From the human T2T-CHM13v2.0 reference genome, Homo sapiens: a stretch of 64,000 bases of DNA. Shown in pieces: positions 1 to 23,284 of the stretch. The position numbers were made by a program, and so were the translations under genes. A model generated the notes under the pieces. It did no database searches and had not been told where the DNA came from. It saw nothing but the letters and a program-made list of their open reading frames with translations. Position 1 is the stretch's first letter, and every line of letters begins with the position of its first letter. Location: NCBI RefSeq assembly GCF_009914755.1, contig NC_060926.1. One strand, given 5' to 3'.

Positions 1-1047
<1,047 letters not shown>

Positions 1048-1789
1048 GAAAGATTTTCTGTCTTTAATTATAATGTGTCTAGATGTGGGTTTTCCTTATT
1101 GCTCCCAGTTGAGACTCCATGTGAATGCTTTCAAACTGAGGCCTTTCAATTTTCTCTTAATTCTTAGAAATTTATCCTCCATTATGTAAAAAATTACTTC
1201 CTTGTTTTTTATTTCATTTTCCTTTCATGGCTTTTAAAAATTGAAAAAGAAAATTGAGAGACAGGGTCTTGTTGCCCAGGCTGGACTGCAGTCGCTATCC
1301 ACAGGCCTGATCATCGCACACTACAGGCTTCAACGCCTGGCCTTAAGCAATCTTCCCGAGTAGCCAGCTTTCCCTTCATGACTCTTAATTGTGTTCTACT
1401 GCTTCTACTTCTGTCCTCTATACTTCTTGGCTCTTTTGATGCCTTCTGAGAGAATTCCTAATTCTAATCTTCCAGTTAATTAATTCTTTAGCCATATCCC
1501 TTCTACTTTTTATCCCATAATTACCTTGTTTTAGCTATTATATTTTCTATAACTAGTATTTCTGGGTTTTTAAATAACAGTTTCCTGTTGTTTCATATCA
1601 GTATCTGACCAACCATAACTCCTTACATATATTAGTCACATATTAACTTATCTCTTCCAATAATTCTGCTTCAGAAAGTATATGTTGTCCACTGTTGCCT
1701 TTTGTGAGGTGGCTGTCTCCTCAAATGTTTAGTTTTTGGGGGGTGGTGTTGAAGTAGGCCAAGTGGGAAACTAAAACTTCAATCCCAAT

Positions 1790-6160
<4,371 letters not shown>

Positions 6161-7340
6161 TACAATTGCAGGTTAAAAACACACATATCTAACAGTCCAG
6201 CAGTGTTTTGCTTTGTTTAAATCCATCTACTTCTCCTTAGAAAAGTAATGATATGAACCACATGACTTCATCTTCTGGATACTATGATTGGACTGGGTGG
6301 GAAGAGATAAGGAGAACCAACCCACAAGTGAGAGTGAGCCAATCAGGCTGTCTTCAGAATTTGAACTGAATGAAAGAGACCAGCCATCCATAAAGGGTTC
6401 TGCAGCTAAAAAGTCCTGTGACAATAGGATCAAAACTGGATCCCGGCAAGTCCAAGCCACTTGAGGTCACGAGGCAAGTACCAAAACCGTGAGGCTCCTT
6501 GTCTATAAAAATGCCTAATGAGAGAATATTCCCTTTCAGAGCTATTTTGGTGGTGAATAGGTTTCTCCTTCTTGCAGCCATCAACCCTGACCAAAATGTG
6601 TGCTTGAAAAAGACATAAAAAGGTAAAAAAGACTTGTCTGCATCATTATTTGCTATGGCCCTGTCCCCATACCCCTGAAGTTTCAGAGAGCTGTCATTTT
6701 AACAATCTAATCCTCATCTCGCTTGACCTGACTGCTCAAGTCAGTGAGACTAGAGTTTGAGGGAGAAGACAGCAAACCAGATGTCTACTAAGGAGGGTAA
6801 CACGATGTGCCCAGGTATACTGGACACTCCAAGCAGCATACCAGAACTATGGCCTCCACCCAGAGGGCTCCAATGCCAAGGGTAGTGACCTGGAATTTAG
6901 GGGTTAGAAGGAAGGTCCTCCTGAATACAAGTTAACAAATAATCTAGAGGTTGGAATTCATTCATTCATCTCTAAATCTTTATGTATTTATTGGCGGTGG
7001 GTGGAGGTATAGGAAGTGCGAAAGGATACTGATCTTTCAGGATCAAGGTTGAGGGACCCCACCTACTGACGTAGGCTCAGCCAAGAGCCCCACCATATCA
7101 ACATCAATTACTCTTGGCCTGGTGGGAAGTAAACTGAAAAGGTCACGTGCAGGCCAAGCCACCATCTCCTCACCTCCTGGGTTAATCTCTACCTCCAGTC
7201 TCCCATCTTAGAACCCTAGCACAATGCAGAGTAGAAAAGACACTGACATCAGACTGTCTGGGTTCCAGTACTGCTTCTGCCATTTCCTGCTGTTTTGACT
7301 GCTCTGTGCCTGTTTCCTCACTTATAGAAAGGAAATTACA

Positions 7341-7634
7341 GGCTGGGTGTGGTGGCTCACGCCTGTAATCCCAGCACTTTGGGAGGCTGAGGCGGGCGGA
7401 TCACAAGGTCAGGAGTTTGAGACCAGCTTGGCCAACATAGTGGAACCCTGTCTCTACTAAAAACACAAAAAATTAGCTGGGCGTGGTGTCGGGCGCCTGT
7501 AATCTCAGCTACTTGGGAGGCTGAGGCAGGAGAATTGCTTGAACACAGGAGGCGGAAGTTGCAGTTAGCCAAGATCGCGCCATTGCACTCCAGCCCAAAT
7601 AACAATGCGAGACTCCATCTCGAAAAAAAAAAAA
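7341..7634 (+). mobile_element. AluS with target-site duplication
   Basis: Alu consensus; TSD aaaggaaattacag on both sides. Confidence 0.93.
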
Positions 7635-7789
7635 GGAAATTACAGTACCCCCTCATACCACCTGGCATTGGTGAGGTGATGATCACTGGCCTTACAATAT
7701 CTTAGCTCTACCTTTGGTGCCCACTTCATTGGGTGGTTTCCAGAATACATATGAGAAGTCAACTGAAAAGAAGCTGAAGCAATCCAAAT

Positions 7790-10229
7790 GTTGTTTTTGG
7801 TGTTTTTAATTGTTTTTGTTAATGTAAAAACAGAACCATCACAGCCGCTCAGCTCTATAACCCATCCAGCCCAAGACTGTTCTAGTGGTGAAACCAAGAG
7901 TAGACAGGTCTTCCTACCTCAGTGACCTCAAAACACAAGGACATCTCCATAGGGCATCAACATGCATCTGTCATCCAAGAATCTAAGAACTTCCTGATCC
8001 TTCCACATTTTCTATCAATAATATTGCCTTCTGAGGTTATGGATTCCAGGTCTTCTATGAAATAGGTAAAGCTTCCTTTCGCGTTCCAAGAAATATAGTT
8101 TGCGAAGGGAACTGGAAAACGTGACTCTAGGCCTCAGCCACTTCCTCTGTTACCCTGTGCAAGTTGTAGAACAATCCACGTTCTCACAGCTCCCCTTCTT
8201 CAGTTGTGGAGTTCTTCAAGGTGGACAGATCACACCTCAGGAAGTCATCCCTTGTAAGCACACTAGAATTTATCATAAAGGCAGGTCGGCTTGTTAGTTT
8301 TTCTTTGTCCCCAGCATACACTGAGCCAACAACTTAAGTCATGAATGGGTTGTTTAGGGCTCTGTCTGTCCTAAATGATTCCTAAAAGCTTCATATAGCT
8401 CATATAGTCTTATTGTCCACTGCTCTTTTGGTGTGGTATGATCCTACCTGTAAAGCTATCAAACCCCTGGGTCCTGGATGCCTCCTCCAGATTTCATACC
8501 TTCCTCAAGTTTACTAAATACTTTCTGAATTTAAGAATTTTGAGAAAGTCACCTACCAGCTAATGCAAAAACACAGCCTAATTCTGTGTGAATCCCTGTT
8601 GAGATCAGCTTTTCAGGTCAGGGAGGGAAGGTATGGGGTTTAGGGTACCCTCTCCTATCACACACATCCCCCCTGCCCACAGTACCCTGACCTACCTTGC
8701 CTGAGACTCCTAGACACTATGAGCTCCCTTCTGGCTGCCACTCAGACTGGCCAGGAAGGCTCCCAGATTGAACACAGGTGACCTGGTATAGATACACACT
8801 GTACTGTGGGCCAGAACCATGGACTACATTTTAAGCCATGTTGTGGGCCCTTCCTGCCTACAGAAAAGGACACTTGAGTGGAGTCACACTTGGGTTGCCT
8901 AATTTATTACCTTAACTAGAAACATTCTAAGTATGGGAGCCTGTTCTGGAGGATAGCTTCTAAACCAAATCTAAAACTATCTTTGCACACAAGTGTTGTG
9001 AAGAGGTAAGCAGGGGATCAGAGCTCCATCTTCTGTGACCACTTCTCCAGGGACTGCCACCTATAGGGCTCAGGTTGGTACCAACAGCCCTGCATAGTAG
9101 AGTCACTGTCAATCATCTTCCCACTTGTAAGCAGGAAGACAAAAAGTCTCATGAAATAGAAACGAAAACACTGAAGCATGGCCTTCATCGTCCTAATGCC
9201 ACAAGTTTCCTGGGATGGCCAAGATACTACCTTAGCTTATTGTCCCTGCTTCACCTCCAGAGACTGGAGACAGAGGATTTTCCGGGGTTGGGGTTTCTTC
9301 TCTGACTTGGCAAATTCTTCTTTTTATCTCCAGCTGAACCACCAGTTCCTTGGGTAGCAGAGCAGAGACCTAAGCACAAACCACAGGGCTTACTAGCACA
9401 TCCTTCAAGCCACTTCCTTTGCTGTTCTATTACTCTTCTTCAGCTTATCTGAACCTGCGGACTCTCTGGATACAGAAACTGCCCAAAGCATGGTGAAAAA
9501 GACAAAGGGCCCAGGTTTCACCTGGCAACCACTGCTCCCAACATCTAGAGTAAGTCAAAGAGGCTGAAAGATGACAGCCTAGTTCTCTTTGCCTTCATTA
9601 TGATACTAACAAAAACCAGAAGTTTCCAGGAGTCAGCAAGCTACTCAGTATCTGACGTGGTTTCTAAGGTGGAGTTGCATGGGGAGCACTCTCCCGTGGC
9701 TGCTGAGTGAAGGCAACAGTGATGTCCAAAACAAGCCCGTCCGGCTCTGAACCACCAGTTGGCAGGCCAGGATGACTCCAGTCTTTAGCAAAGAGCTTTC
9801 CATTCTAACTCCCGAAATCCCAGACCAGATGGATGTCTCCTCCCAACTAGGCGCAGAGGGTAGCACAGACTTCCAAAAGGAAACACCTTCATTAAATGCA
9901 GCAGGCAGTCCTATATGCTGACCCTTGGGTCAAACCACAGCTTAAGCGGGGGAAGAAGTGGTTCTGATCCATGTACAGCCAGATCTGCTGAGGAGTCTGG
10001 GGTTCCCAGGAACCAGATTTGCAGATCCTGGACGATGGTGCTTCCCTTGCTGGCACCGTATCACCTAACCTAATGGTTTCTCTGAAGACAGTTGGCGGAG
10101 AGGCAAAAATGACTGTCTTAAACAGGTCTTCCGACACGTGGACAGCTCAGCAGGACCACACACCTGTCCAGGGCCCACCATGAGGCAGCCATCACCAACT
10201 TGGTAAGGAGGACATATCACACAGCATCT
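7790..10229 (-). other. KANSL3: KANSL3 3' UTR (~2.4 kb)
   Basis: Repeat-poor unique sequence after the stop; ATTAAA at 7805-7810 and AATAAA at 8903-8908 (minus strand). Confidence 0.75.
7805..7810 (-). terminator. Putative distal poly(A) signal ATTAAA of KANSL3
   Basis: Plus-strand tttaat at the end of the unique UTR block. Confidence 0.55.
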
Positions 10230-10250
10230 TCAGGGTGCTGGAGGCAGGCG
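10230..10250 (-). CDS. KANSL3: KANSL3 last coding exon (RLPPAP*)
   Basis: Pyrimidine tract then CACAG|CGC CTG CCT CCA GCA CCC TGA; completes the 905-codon frame. Confidence 0.92.
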   Translation of the reverse strand, partial: RLPPAP

Positions 10251-10893
10251 CTGTGGCAGGAGAGGTAGTGAAGAAGGGTCAAAGCTTTGACAGGTTATCA
10301 TCATATTCAGACCCTCTATCCCAATTATCCCAACTCCTGAGAATTTATTTTAAAGAATTAATTCTCAATAGGAAAGAAGTTGGATACACAAGGACACATG
10401 TTCTAGCTGCCAAGTGGTTAACAGAACATGGACTCTAGAGTGAGAGACTCAACTTTCCACTTTTTAAGGCAAGTACCTATGTTCTCTGAGCCTCCTTTTC
10501 CTCGCCTGTAAGAGGTAGATGACAGCATCTACTTTCCAGGGTCACCGTAAGGATTAAATGAAATAATCCACATAAAGCTCCTGAGTTTAATCTGTGCTCA
10601 ACAACAAAGGTCACCTCATATTATTACACATGAAGACAGAAAAGGAATGCAGAAAAAAGGAAATAGGTGAGTTTTTAAGGGCAACAGAACAGAAGGGAAG
10701 ATTTCCGTGACTTCTGATTTTGAGGCCTTAGACATGTAGGTGTGGGGGGATGCCATCAATGTTGAGCCCTGCAGCTTAAGAATAAGGAAGCAAGTAGAGA
10801 GGGTGGCCTTTTTTACCAACGCTTTCCCCACTTTTCTAAATTTCCCCCTTGGGAAACTCCTAAGAGGTCTCTGAGAATGTAGTAAAGGAGGGA

Positions 10894-15937
<5,044 letters not shown>

Positions 15938-16262
15938 TCATAACCTCTGAAGGATGAAACCAAGGATGAGAAAAAAATGAAACGAAAGGAAAAGTAAACA
16001 AAAACATTAAATACTAGACACTGCTACCCACTTGAACATATGTACTCTTCACAATATCAAGGGAGGGATGTAGAAGAGGAAGCTCAAAGATGTCCATGAT
16101 TCGCTCAATATTATAAAGCCACAAACTCCAGAATACAGATTTGAATTTGAATCTGAATCTCGTCTGTCCAGTGCATGGGCAGCCCCTTCAATCAGCCAGT
16201 CAGCTGGTCTTAAACTTCCCAATAATGAAGCCCATGTCCTCAGTCCTTCCTGGCAGACTCAC

Positions 16263-16396
16263 CTGTGAGCTGGAGGGCAGCACCTGGGAAGAGGACTCCT
16301 CGGATGGGGCTGCTCCTGAGCCCATAGGGCTCAGTGTAGTGATCCTGCTCGGCTGGCCACGAAGTGTCAGAGTAATGGTGGTGGGGACCTTCAAGC
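16263..16396 (-). CDS. KANSL3: KANSL3 coding exon 20
   Basis: GLKVPTTITL...LPSSSQ; 134 nt; GTGAGT donor. Confidence 0.95.
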
Positions 16397-16735
16397 CTGA
16401 GATAAAGAGAGAGAAGCAGAATTTTTGAGTCACACTCTCCACCTTCTACTGAGGCTTTCCTTTCCTGGAGAGCTTCTCCCCCACATAACACAGTCCCTTG
16501 GCCTCCTCCCCAGCTGGGTCATCTATGCCCTATCAGTCAATCTGAAAGGCAACAGGAAACAGCCTGTGTTCTCTCAACCTCTCTGGGGGATGGGTCCACA
16601 CAGCTGAATCCAAAGGTCAATGCCAGGACCCTGTGGGACTGGTTTCAACATCATACCTTGCCCACATGAGATGGGAAGGTCCTGGGGGAAAGATCCCAGA
16701 TCTGGGAGTCCCCACAGTTCTCATGAGAGACTCAC

Positions 16736-16958
16736 CTGATGCTTGGTTAGAGATCTGAGCCAGGCCAGGGAGGCTGCTTGCCAACTTAGCGAGGCCCCCA
16801 TTGGTCAGCAGCTGGTGGATGGCTGTGGGCTTCCCACCAGGAGTGGCACCCAAGGAGGAGAGAGTGGTGGCCACAGGAATGGTACGGACAATGGTGCTGG
16901 TGCCCGTGGTGATGGCACCCAGGCTCTGCATGGGGGTGGGCAACTTCACACTGGTGGC
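16736..16958 (-). CDS. KANSL3: KANSL3 coding exon 19
   Basis: ATSVKLPTPM...ISNQAS; 223 nt. Confidence 0.95.
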
Positions 16959-17044
16959 CTGTGGGACACACAAGCCCAGGTGATCAGAAGCTGTCGCCCA
17001 ACAGCAACATTCGAGCTTGGAGGGCCCACAGCATATTATTAAAG

Positions 17045-17215
17045 GCTAACATGTATTGAGTGCCTACTACATGCAAGGTACTCTTCCAGGCATTTTGCAT
17101 ATATTATTTCATTCTTATAACAACTCTATGAGGGAGGTACTATTATTACCTCATTTTATAGACAAAGAAACAAAAACAGAGTGGTCAAGAAACTTGCCCA
17201 AGGTCACACAGTAAA
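17045..17215 (-). mobile_element. MIR
   Basis: MIR core (cattttatagacaaagaaac...ttgcccaaggtcacacag). Confidence 0.8.
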
Positions 17216-17372
17216 TGATAGACCTTAACTTTTGTAAGTTCCCTGCTATGTAGCTAGAAGGCTGTTTGTCCTTGATCCACTGACTCCAGACCTAGTTTCC
17301 CTGCCAAAACCAACTAAGCTGAGGAGGCCTCCTCCCTACACCTGCCCAGCCCAGCAGATGGCAGATGTGCAC

Positions 17373-17482
17373 CTGTGGGGCTGGTCCTGGGGAGGGATTT
17401 GCTGGAAGGCCAGAGGTCTTGCTGCTGATATCCTGCAAGCTGAAGCTGAGGCCTTGGAGGAGGCTGCTGGCTGATGTGGCCC
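17373..17482 (-). CDS. KANSL3: KANSL3 coding exon 18
   Basis: GATSASSLLQ...PGPAPQ; 110 nt. Confidence 0.93.
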
Positions 17483-17857
17483 CTAAGAGAGGACATAGCA
17501 GGAATCAGTAGAGACTCAATCACTTGCACTATCCCGAGAGCAGCCACATCCATCCACCCTCACCACCAACTAAAACACCAGTGGTGCTTGCCCTTGGACA
17601 CCCGTCCTCAGAGAGAAGGCAGGAAGCTCTCCCCAACTAGGCACACACGCAATGGATGCCACACAGGAAAGGTACTGTGCCAGACACTGCCCCGGACTTG
17701 CTCTGCACCTGCTGCAAACCATCAGTCATACATTTTAGACCATTTTGAGAAATCCAAGTTTGTTCCTTTCTTTCCAGGGAAGAACTTTTTAAGCCAAAAG
17801 AATTATAAATATCCAACTTTCACTTCGCCTCACACAATCAAAGCAGTAAGGAAGTAG

Positions 17858-18203
<346 letters not shown>

Positions 18204-18392
18204 AGGAGAGGGTTTCTGCAATGCCTTGGCCCTGCTGGGCTCAGGCAACAGGCCTTTCAAAGTAGGGTTAGTGGGTAGGACAAAGAGAGAGACAAGCACA
18301 GACAGAAAAATGTCTCATTTTGCTAATGCCCAGTGTAGCACCATTTCCAGTTTTATTCAGGCAGATGTGCTTAAAACAGCAAAGTAAAACCA

Positions 18393-18580
18393 CAGTCAGC
18401 TCTCAATTATCTGTGAGCTTCACAGCAGATTTGCAGATTCAAACAACCACGGATAGAAACCTGTGGATATAGAATTCCAACGGTATGACATAATTTCATA
18501 TAAGGGACTTGAGCATCCATGGATTTTGGTAGTGGTGAGGGTCCTAGAACCAATCTCCTGTGGATAAGAAAGGCTGACTA
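18393..18580. mobile_element. TcMar-Tigger non-autonomous element (Tigger3/MER2-like)
   Basis: gggacttgagcatccatggattttgg...gtcctagaaccaatc motif with decayed terminal repeats. Confidence 0.65.
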
Positions 18581-18869
18581 TACATATATGTCCTATCGGC
18601 TATTTCTCCTTACAGTAGAGGATACAGCACCTGTAGACTGGAACATTTACTCACTTGCAGACCAGGACATTTACTCACTGCATTTATTCAAGGCCAAGGA
18701 ATCCCTCTGCCCAAGCTAATTCCAGCTTCACGTCAAGCCTCTATGATCACTCTAAGACCCAGAGGCCCATCCTATGGATTTAGCTCCAGGGATGCTTTCC
18801 CAGGACCACCCAGAAGCAGCAGACCAAAAATTCTGTGTTGGAAGGGGAGAATGCTGGGCCACAAGATAC

Positions 18870-19000
18870 CTGGGAGGGAGCTGCCAGGAGATGTGGCCAC
18901 CAGGCGGCTCTGCAGTGTGTGCAAGGCACTGGGTGCAGTGCTGCTGGAGACCACTGAAGGGACTGGGCTGGCTGAGACTCCACCTTCAGAAGAACTGGAC
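18870..19000 (-). CDS. KANSL3: KANSL3 coding exon 17
   Basis: SSSSEGGVSA...SPGSSLP; 131 nt. Confidence 0.95.
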
Positions 19001-19398
19001 CTGGAGACAAAGGAAGGAGCTCTGTTATCCAAAGGTCACAGGACAGCAAGCCCTAGCAACACTGGCAGGGTACAGAGTGGGGCCCAGCAAGGCTTTCAGC
19101 AGCAGACATACACCAAAAACCTTCAGCTTCTTTGTCCCACTTTCTGTACCTGGCCTCTAGTCTTCTAAAAGTCCTTACTTACAGGACTTATAGCAAAAGC
19201 CAGGGGACGATTTGGAGTCTTAAGTAAAAGTGAACTCTGGGTTGACTCAAAAGCAAGACAAAGATCCCAATCAGAAGTAAGTCACATTTCCAAAACTGAC
19301 AAGAATCCAGAATCCATCATTTTCCAAAGCACTAAATAAACCAGAAACAGAGGGAAGGGAAAAAAGGAATAGACACAGATGGTCCAATAAACACTCAC

Positions 19399-19483
19399 TT
19401 GGCTGTGGTGAGAAGTCCTGTGAGCTCCTTGGCCCCTGCTGAAGCCTGCCCCAGTGTCATGGTGATGGGCTTCCCACCTGCAG
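19399..19483 (-). CDS. KANSL3: KANSL3 coding exon 16
   Basis: AAGGKPITMTLG...LLTTAK; 85 nt. Confidence 0.93.
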
Positions 19484-19939
19484 CTTCAAAACAGAAAACC
19501 CCAAGGCCCCTGGTCAGTCCTATTTGGCCTCTATGTTTCCAGGTTCCACAGCTTAGGCTAAATGCAAGATATTACGGACGAAAACTGGAAAATGAAAAAA
19601 GATGAACTATGCTAGAGTAGGGAGAGTTGGGGTTATTTTTTCCTTCTATTTTCTAAACTTCCTGAAATATTCTGTACCTTTAATTGAAGCCAACAAAAAA
19701 AGAACAAAATATAGGATGCTTTGAACGATGGCACAGCTTCCTCTCATATTCTGCCTGCCTGGTCCTCATTCAGATGGACTCATGCCAACTTTACCCACAT
19801 GTACAGACTCATGTCTTCTTTGCTCCGGGCATCTCTCAAAATAAAGCAAAGGCTGACATGCTGGTGAATGGCCACCAAAGGGCAATGCTGTGTACCTGAG
19901 AGAGCTCAGTTCTCATTTAACGTACCAAGAGAAACTCAC

Positions 19940-20131
19940 CTTCTGGAGCACTTCCTTGGGAAGGAGCACAAGGCCCTCCAGCTGTGTCCCCTTGGGAGAT
20001 AAGGGACACCTTGATCTTCGGTCGTTTGGAGGTCTTACTGCCAGGAAGGGGACTCGAGGGATGGTGTCGCTTCAGCTGAACCCTAAGATCCTCTTTCTCT
20101 CCTTCCTCTGGTGGTTCTGATGAAATGGGAA
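19940..20131 (-). CDS. KANSL3: KANSL3 coding exon 15
   Basis: VPISSEPPEE...QGSAPE; 192 nt. Confidence 0.95.
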
Positions 20132-21589
20132 CTAAGACATGGAGCTGAGTTGAGATCCTCCACAATCCAAAAAATCCCAACAGACACTCAGTCAATACCA
20201 GCACCAACACAGCCATGTGTAGAATGTAGAACACACAGGATAACCACTCTACGTACAGGGCCACCCCTCAAAGGAGACTGCCCATGCTTCAGGACCACTT
20301 CACTCAGGCCCTGTCCGTGGGGGACCCCACTTTGCCCTTCTTAGAGGATGGCACCCTTCTCATCCCTCATCCTGCACTGGAATCGGAAGAGAAGGGGCCC
20401 TGAGTTGGTAGGAATTAAAAGACAGAAGACATCCTGACCCTGCCTAGCCAAGGCCAATGGCAACAACAACAAAAATAGAGGATTCAACAGAATGAGTAAA
20501 CAGTCCTTCTCAGACTCAAAAAATGTGATCATCTTCCTGTCTGAAGCCCTCCCCACATCATCACACAGTTGGAGACATCAAACATTCTATGAGAACTCAT
20601 GGAGGAGCAGGTCATCCAGTCCTCTCTAAAAAGTAGAGTTTTCCAAAGGCTCTCAAGAGTCCCACCCTGCCCTAAGAGCCCACAGTTGAGGATCCACTTG
20701 CCAAATGGAGGCAATGAAGAGGAGTGTCACCAGGACTAAAAGCTGGCTATGAGTAGCTACTAGGAGAGAGAGTACCTCAACCAGGCAACCTCACGGCTCC
20801 CACCCAAAAGTAACAGGGCAACACTGGCCCATGTCACAACCTAGTCCCCAGGTCATGTGTACTAGTACAGACAAAGGCCATCTGTTCACACATGGGCTTC
20901 CACTTCCACTGAATCAAACAGGCTCATCATGTATACAGCCAAGCTTTTTGGACTCTTAGGTTATCTTTCAAGCTTCCTCAAAGATTCCCTCCTCTTTAAA
21001 CCCAGAAGTCCACCCTAGTCCTCTTGTAGCACAGGGAAGCAAAGACTGGTGTGGGGAGGAAGGTAGCAGTCACATGAGGAGGGAGGAGGGGTCCTGGCAT
21101 GAGGCAACAGTCAGGACATAACCAGCTAGAAGGATTGCTTAGGGGACAAATGCACTGGCTAAAATCAGAGTAGGAAGGAGGGTGTAGGGGAAAGGAGTTT
21201 CAGGTTCTATGCTGATATGTGGCTGGTAGGCTTGTAGCCACCAGATAAACACAGGACAGGAGGCAGGGAGAAAAACACACAAGGAAACTGAGACTCAGGC
21301 AATGCCACAGACATACAAAAAAGCAGCAGAGCCAAGACCGTAGTGAAAGAAAGAACCACACTAAGAGACAAAAAAGAAAACACCATGAGAAGCAAACAAA
21401 AGAATGGAAAAAGGGCAAAGACTACAGAGTAAGCAAAAGGGGTCAGCAAAACAAAAGAATACAAAGAAAGAGAGAGAAAAGAACAGGAGGAAACCAAACT
21501 GAGGCAGATGAGAGGCAGAGATGGAAAATAAATAAGGGGTTGAGGAGCAGAATGTAGTGGACGAGCAGGCAAGAAAGAGTAATACTCAC

Positions 21590-21667
21590 CAAAGAGACAG
21601 GAGGAGGTGCCAGGAGGAAGAGCTTTCCTCACCAGCATATTTTGTTTCAGAAAAGCAGCAAACTGTG
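21590..21667 (-). CDS. KANSL3: KANSL3 coding exon 14 (78-nt symmetric cassette)
   Basis: AQFAAFLKQNMLVRKALPPGTSSCLF; phase 1-1, GTGAGT donor; skipping would give 878 aa. Confidence 0.88.
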
Positions 21668-23127
21668 CTGGAATGAATCAGAAAGAATTACAGAATCACA
21701 GCCAGCCAGAGAAGGGAGAAAAAGAGAGGGAATAAGAAAAAAGGTTGTAGAAAATGGCCAATAGGGGCTCCTTCTGAAATTACTGCATGGCAACCTGACT
21801 CTGCCACGGAGTCAGTCTGTAGAAGCATCTAAAACTGAATAGTACTATCTGCCTCATGGGGCCATGCCAAAACTCAACAAACTACAGCAATGCGAGTGCC
21901 ATGAAGAAGGCATGGCACACAGCAAGGACTCCATATATGTTCGCTATTAGTATTCCCCGTTTGCCCATCAGCTCTGCTAAGCCAGGGTTCTAAAGCTGCT
22001 ACTCTCCCCCATGACACCCTAGATCCCCATTTCAAACCCAGCTCGCCAATCAGCCTTCCAAACTCCTTAGATTCTCAACTAATCACCCTCTGCAGAAGCA
22101 CAGCAGACCACCAGCTCTGTCTTCTTCAGAAGTGTAAAGACACACTGTCCACACGGGACTTGGCTCTGGCCACCACTCATGAAGATCCATGGCAGAGCAT
22201 CCGCGCAGACCCTTGGGGCCTGGCCTCATTTCTCAACTCCTCCCATCCACTCACACTTCTACTCCTTGTTAGTACTACTCTTATAAGCAAACTCACAAGA
22301 GGTCTGGGTTTCGGTTCTGATCATTTGGCTCCACTAAAAGAAACACAGGGAAAGTAAACAGATGAGCCTCCTATCCCCTCCACGTCTGTCTGCCAGACAG
22401 CCAGCTCTGGCTGCTGCCTCTTCCCAGGCACCCCTATTCCTGAAAAGCTCAGGTGACATGCTCCTGGACACATCGTTAAACACCAATGCCCAAGAGGCCT
22501 TACCTCAAGGCCACCCAACTGGATCAATGTGGGGGAAGGGGGACAGAACCACTGTTTCTTCTTTCCCTACCCAATGAACTCTCCCTTTTCTATAGCTCCT
22601 TTCATAGCACTCGCAGCTCACCAAACTCTTACTTTCGACTATAGGAATACTTCCCAGCTTCATCTGAAACCTGTATGCAGAGAACCCTGATAAACTTCAC
22701 TGAAAGTCTCAGTGTGAGAATCTTAACGCTTCAAGGGTCAAACAAAGAAAGGGCATGATGCCAGGTGAGTTACCCTAGAATCTGATTAATAAAATCAATC
22801 ACCCAATACATATGATTGGAGAGCCCCGACTGGAGGAGTGGCTGGCAAGGTAGAAAAAAGTTTAGGCCAATATACATGTTCATAAAGCCTAGCCTCCCCA
22901 GAACAGCAAGACAAAGCTATAACTAGTGATCACAAAGCCCCACTAACTCAGAGGCCTTGGCATTCATTTCAATAATTAATTTTGAATTTTGCCTGCACAG
23001 AAATGTGAGAAAGGGCGCCTCTCACATCCCCCTGAAAAAAGCCATAGATATCAATACTGTGCAACTGCCATGTGACATGAACTACAGAAGACAGACCCAA
23101 GAGGAGCCACTGGCCAAGTGCCTATAC

Positions 23128-23284
23128 CTTGAGCTTGTTTGTGGGTCAGCACAGCTTCTGTCCGCTGCACATGTCTCTTCAGCAGCTGAGAACTTCCAAT
23201 CTGACTGGACTTCTGGGCAGAGGTCACTGTGGTCACTTTGGTCTTGGGACTGGAGGTGGGGCTGCTGGACACACTGGAGAGATC
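23128..23284 (-). CDS. KANSL3: KANSL3 coding exon 13
   Basis: [10 protein letters not shown]...THKQAQ; 157 nt. Confidence 0.95.

Noticed and set aside
18743-19168. Plus-strand ORFs of 128-141 aa
   Set aside because: Antisense shadows of the GC-rich KANSL3 coding exon 17.
21207-21589. 143-aa hydrophobic ORF extending the 78-nt exon
   Set aside because: Low-complexity pyrimidine tract read past a consensus GTGAGT donor; a compositional artefact.
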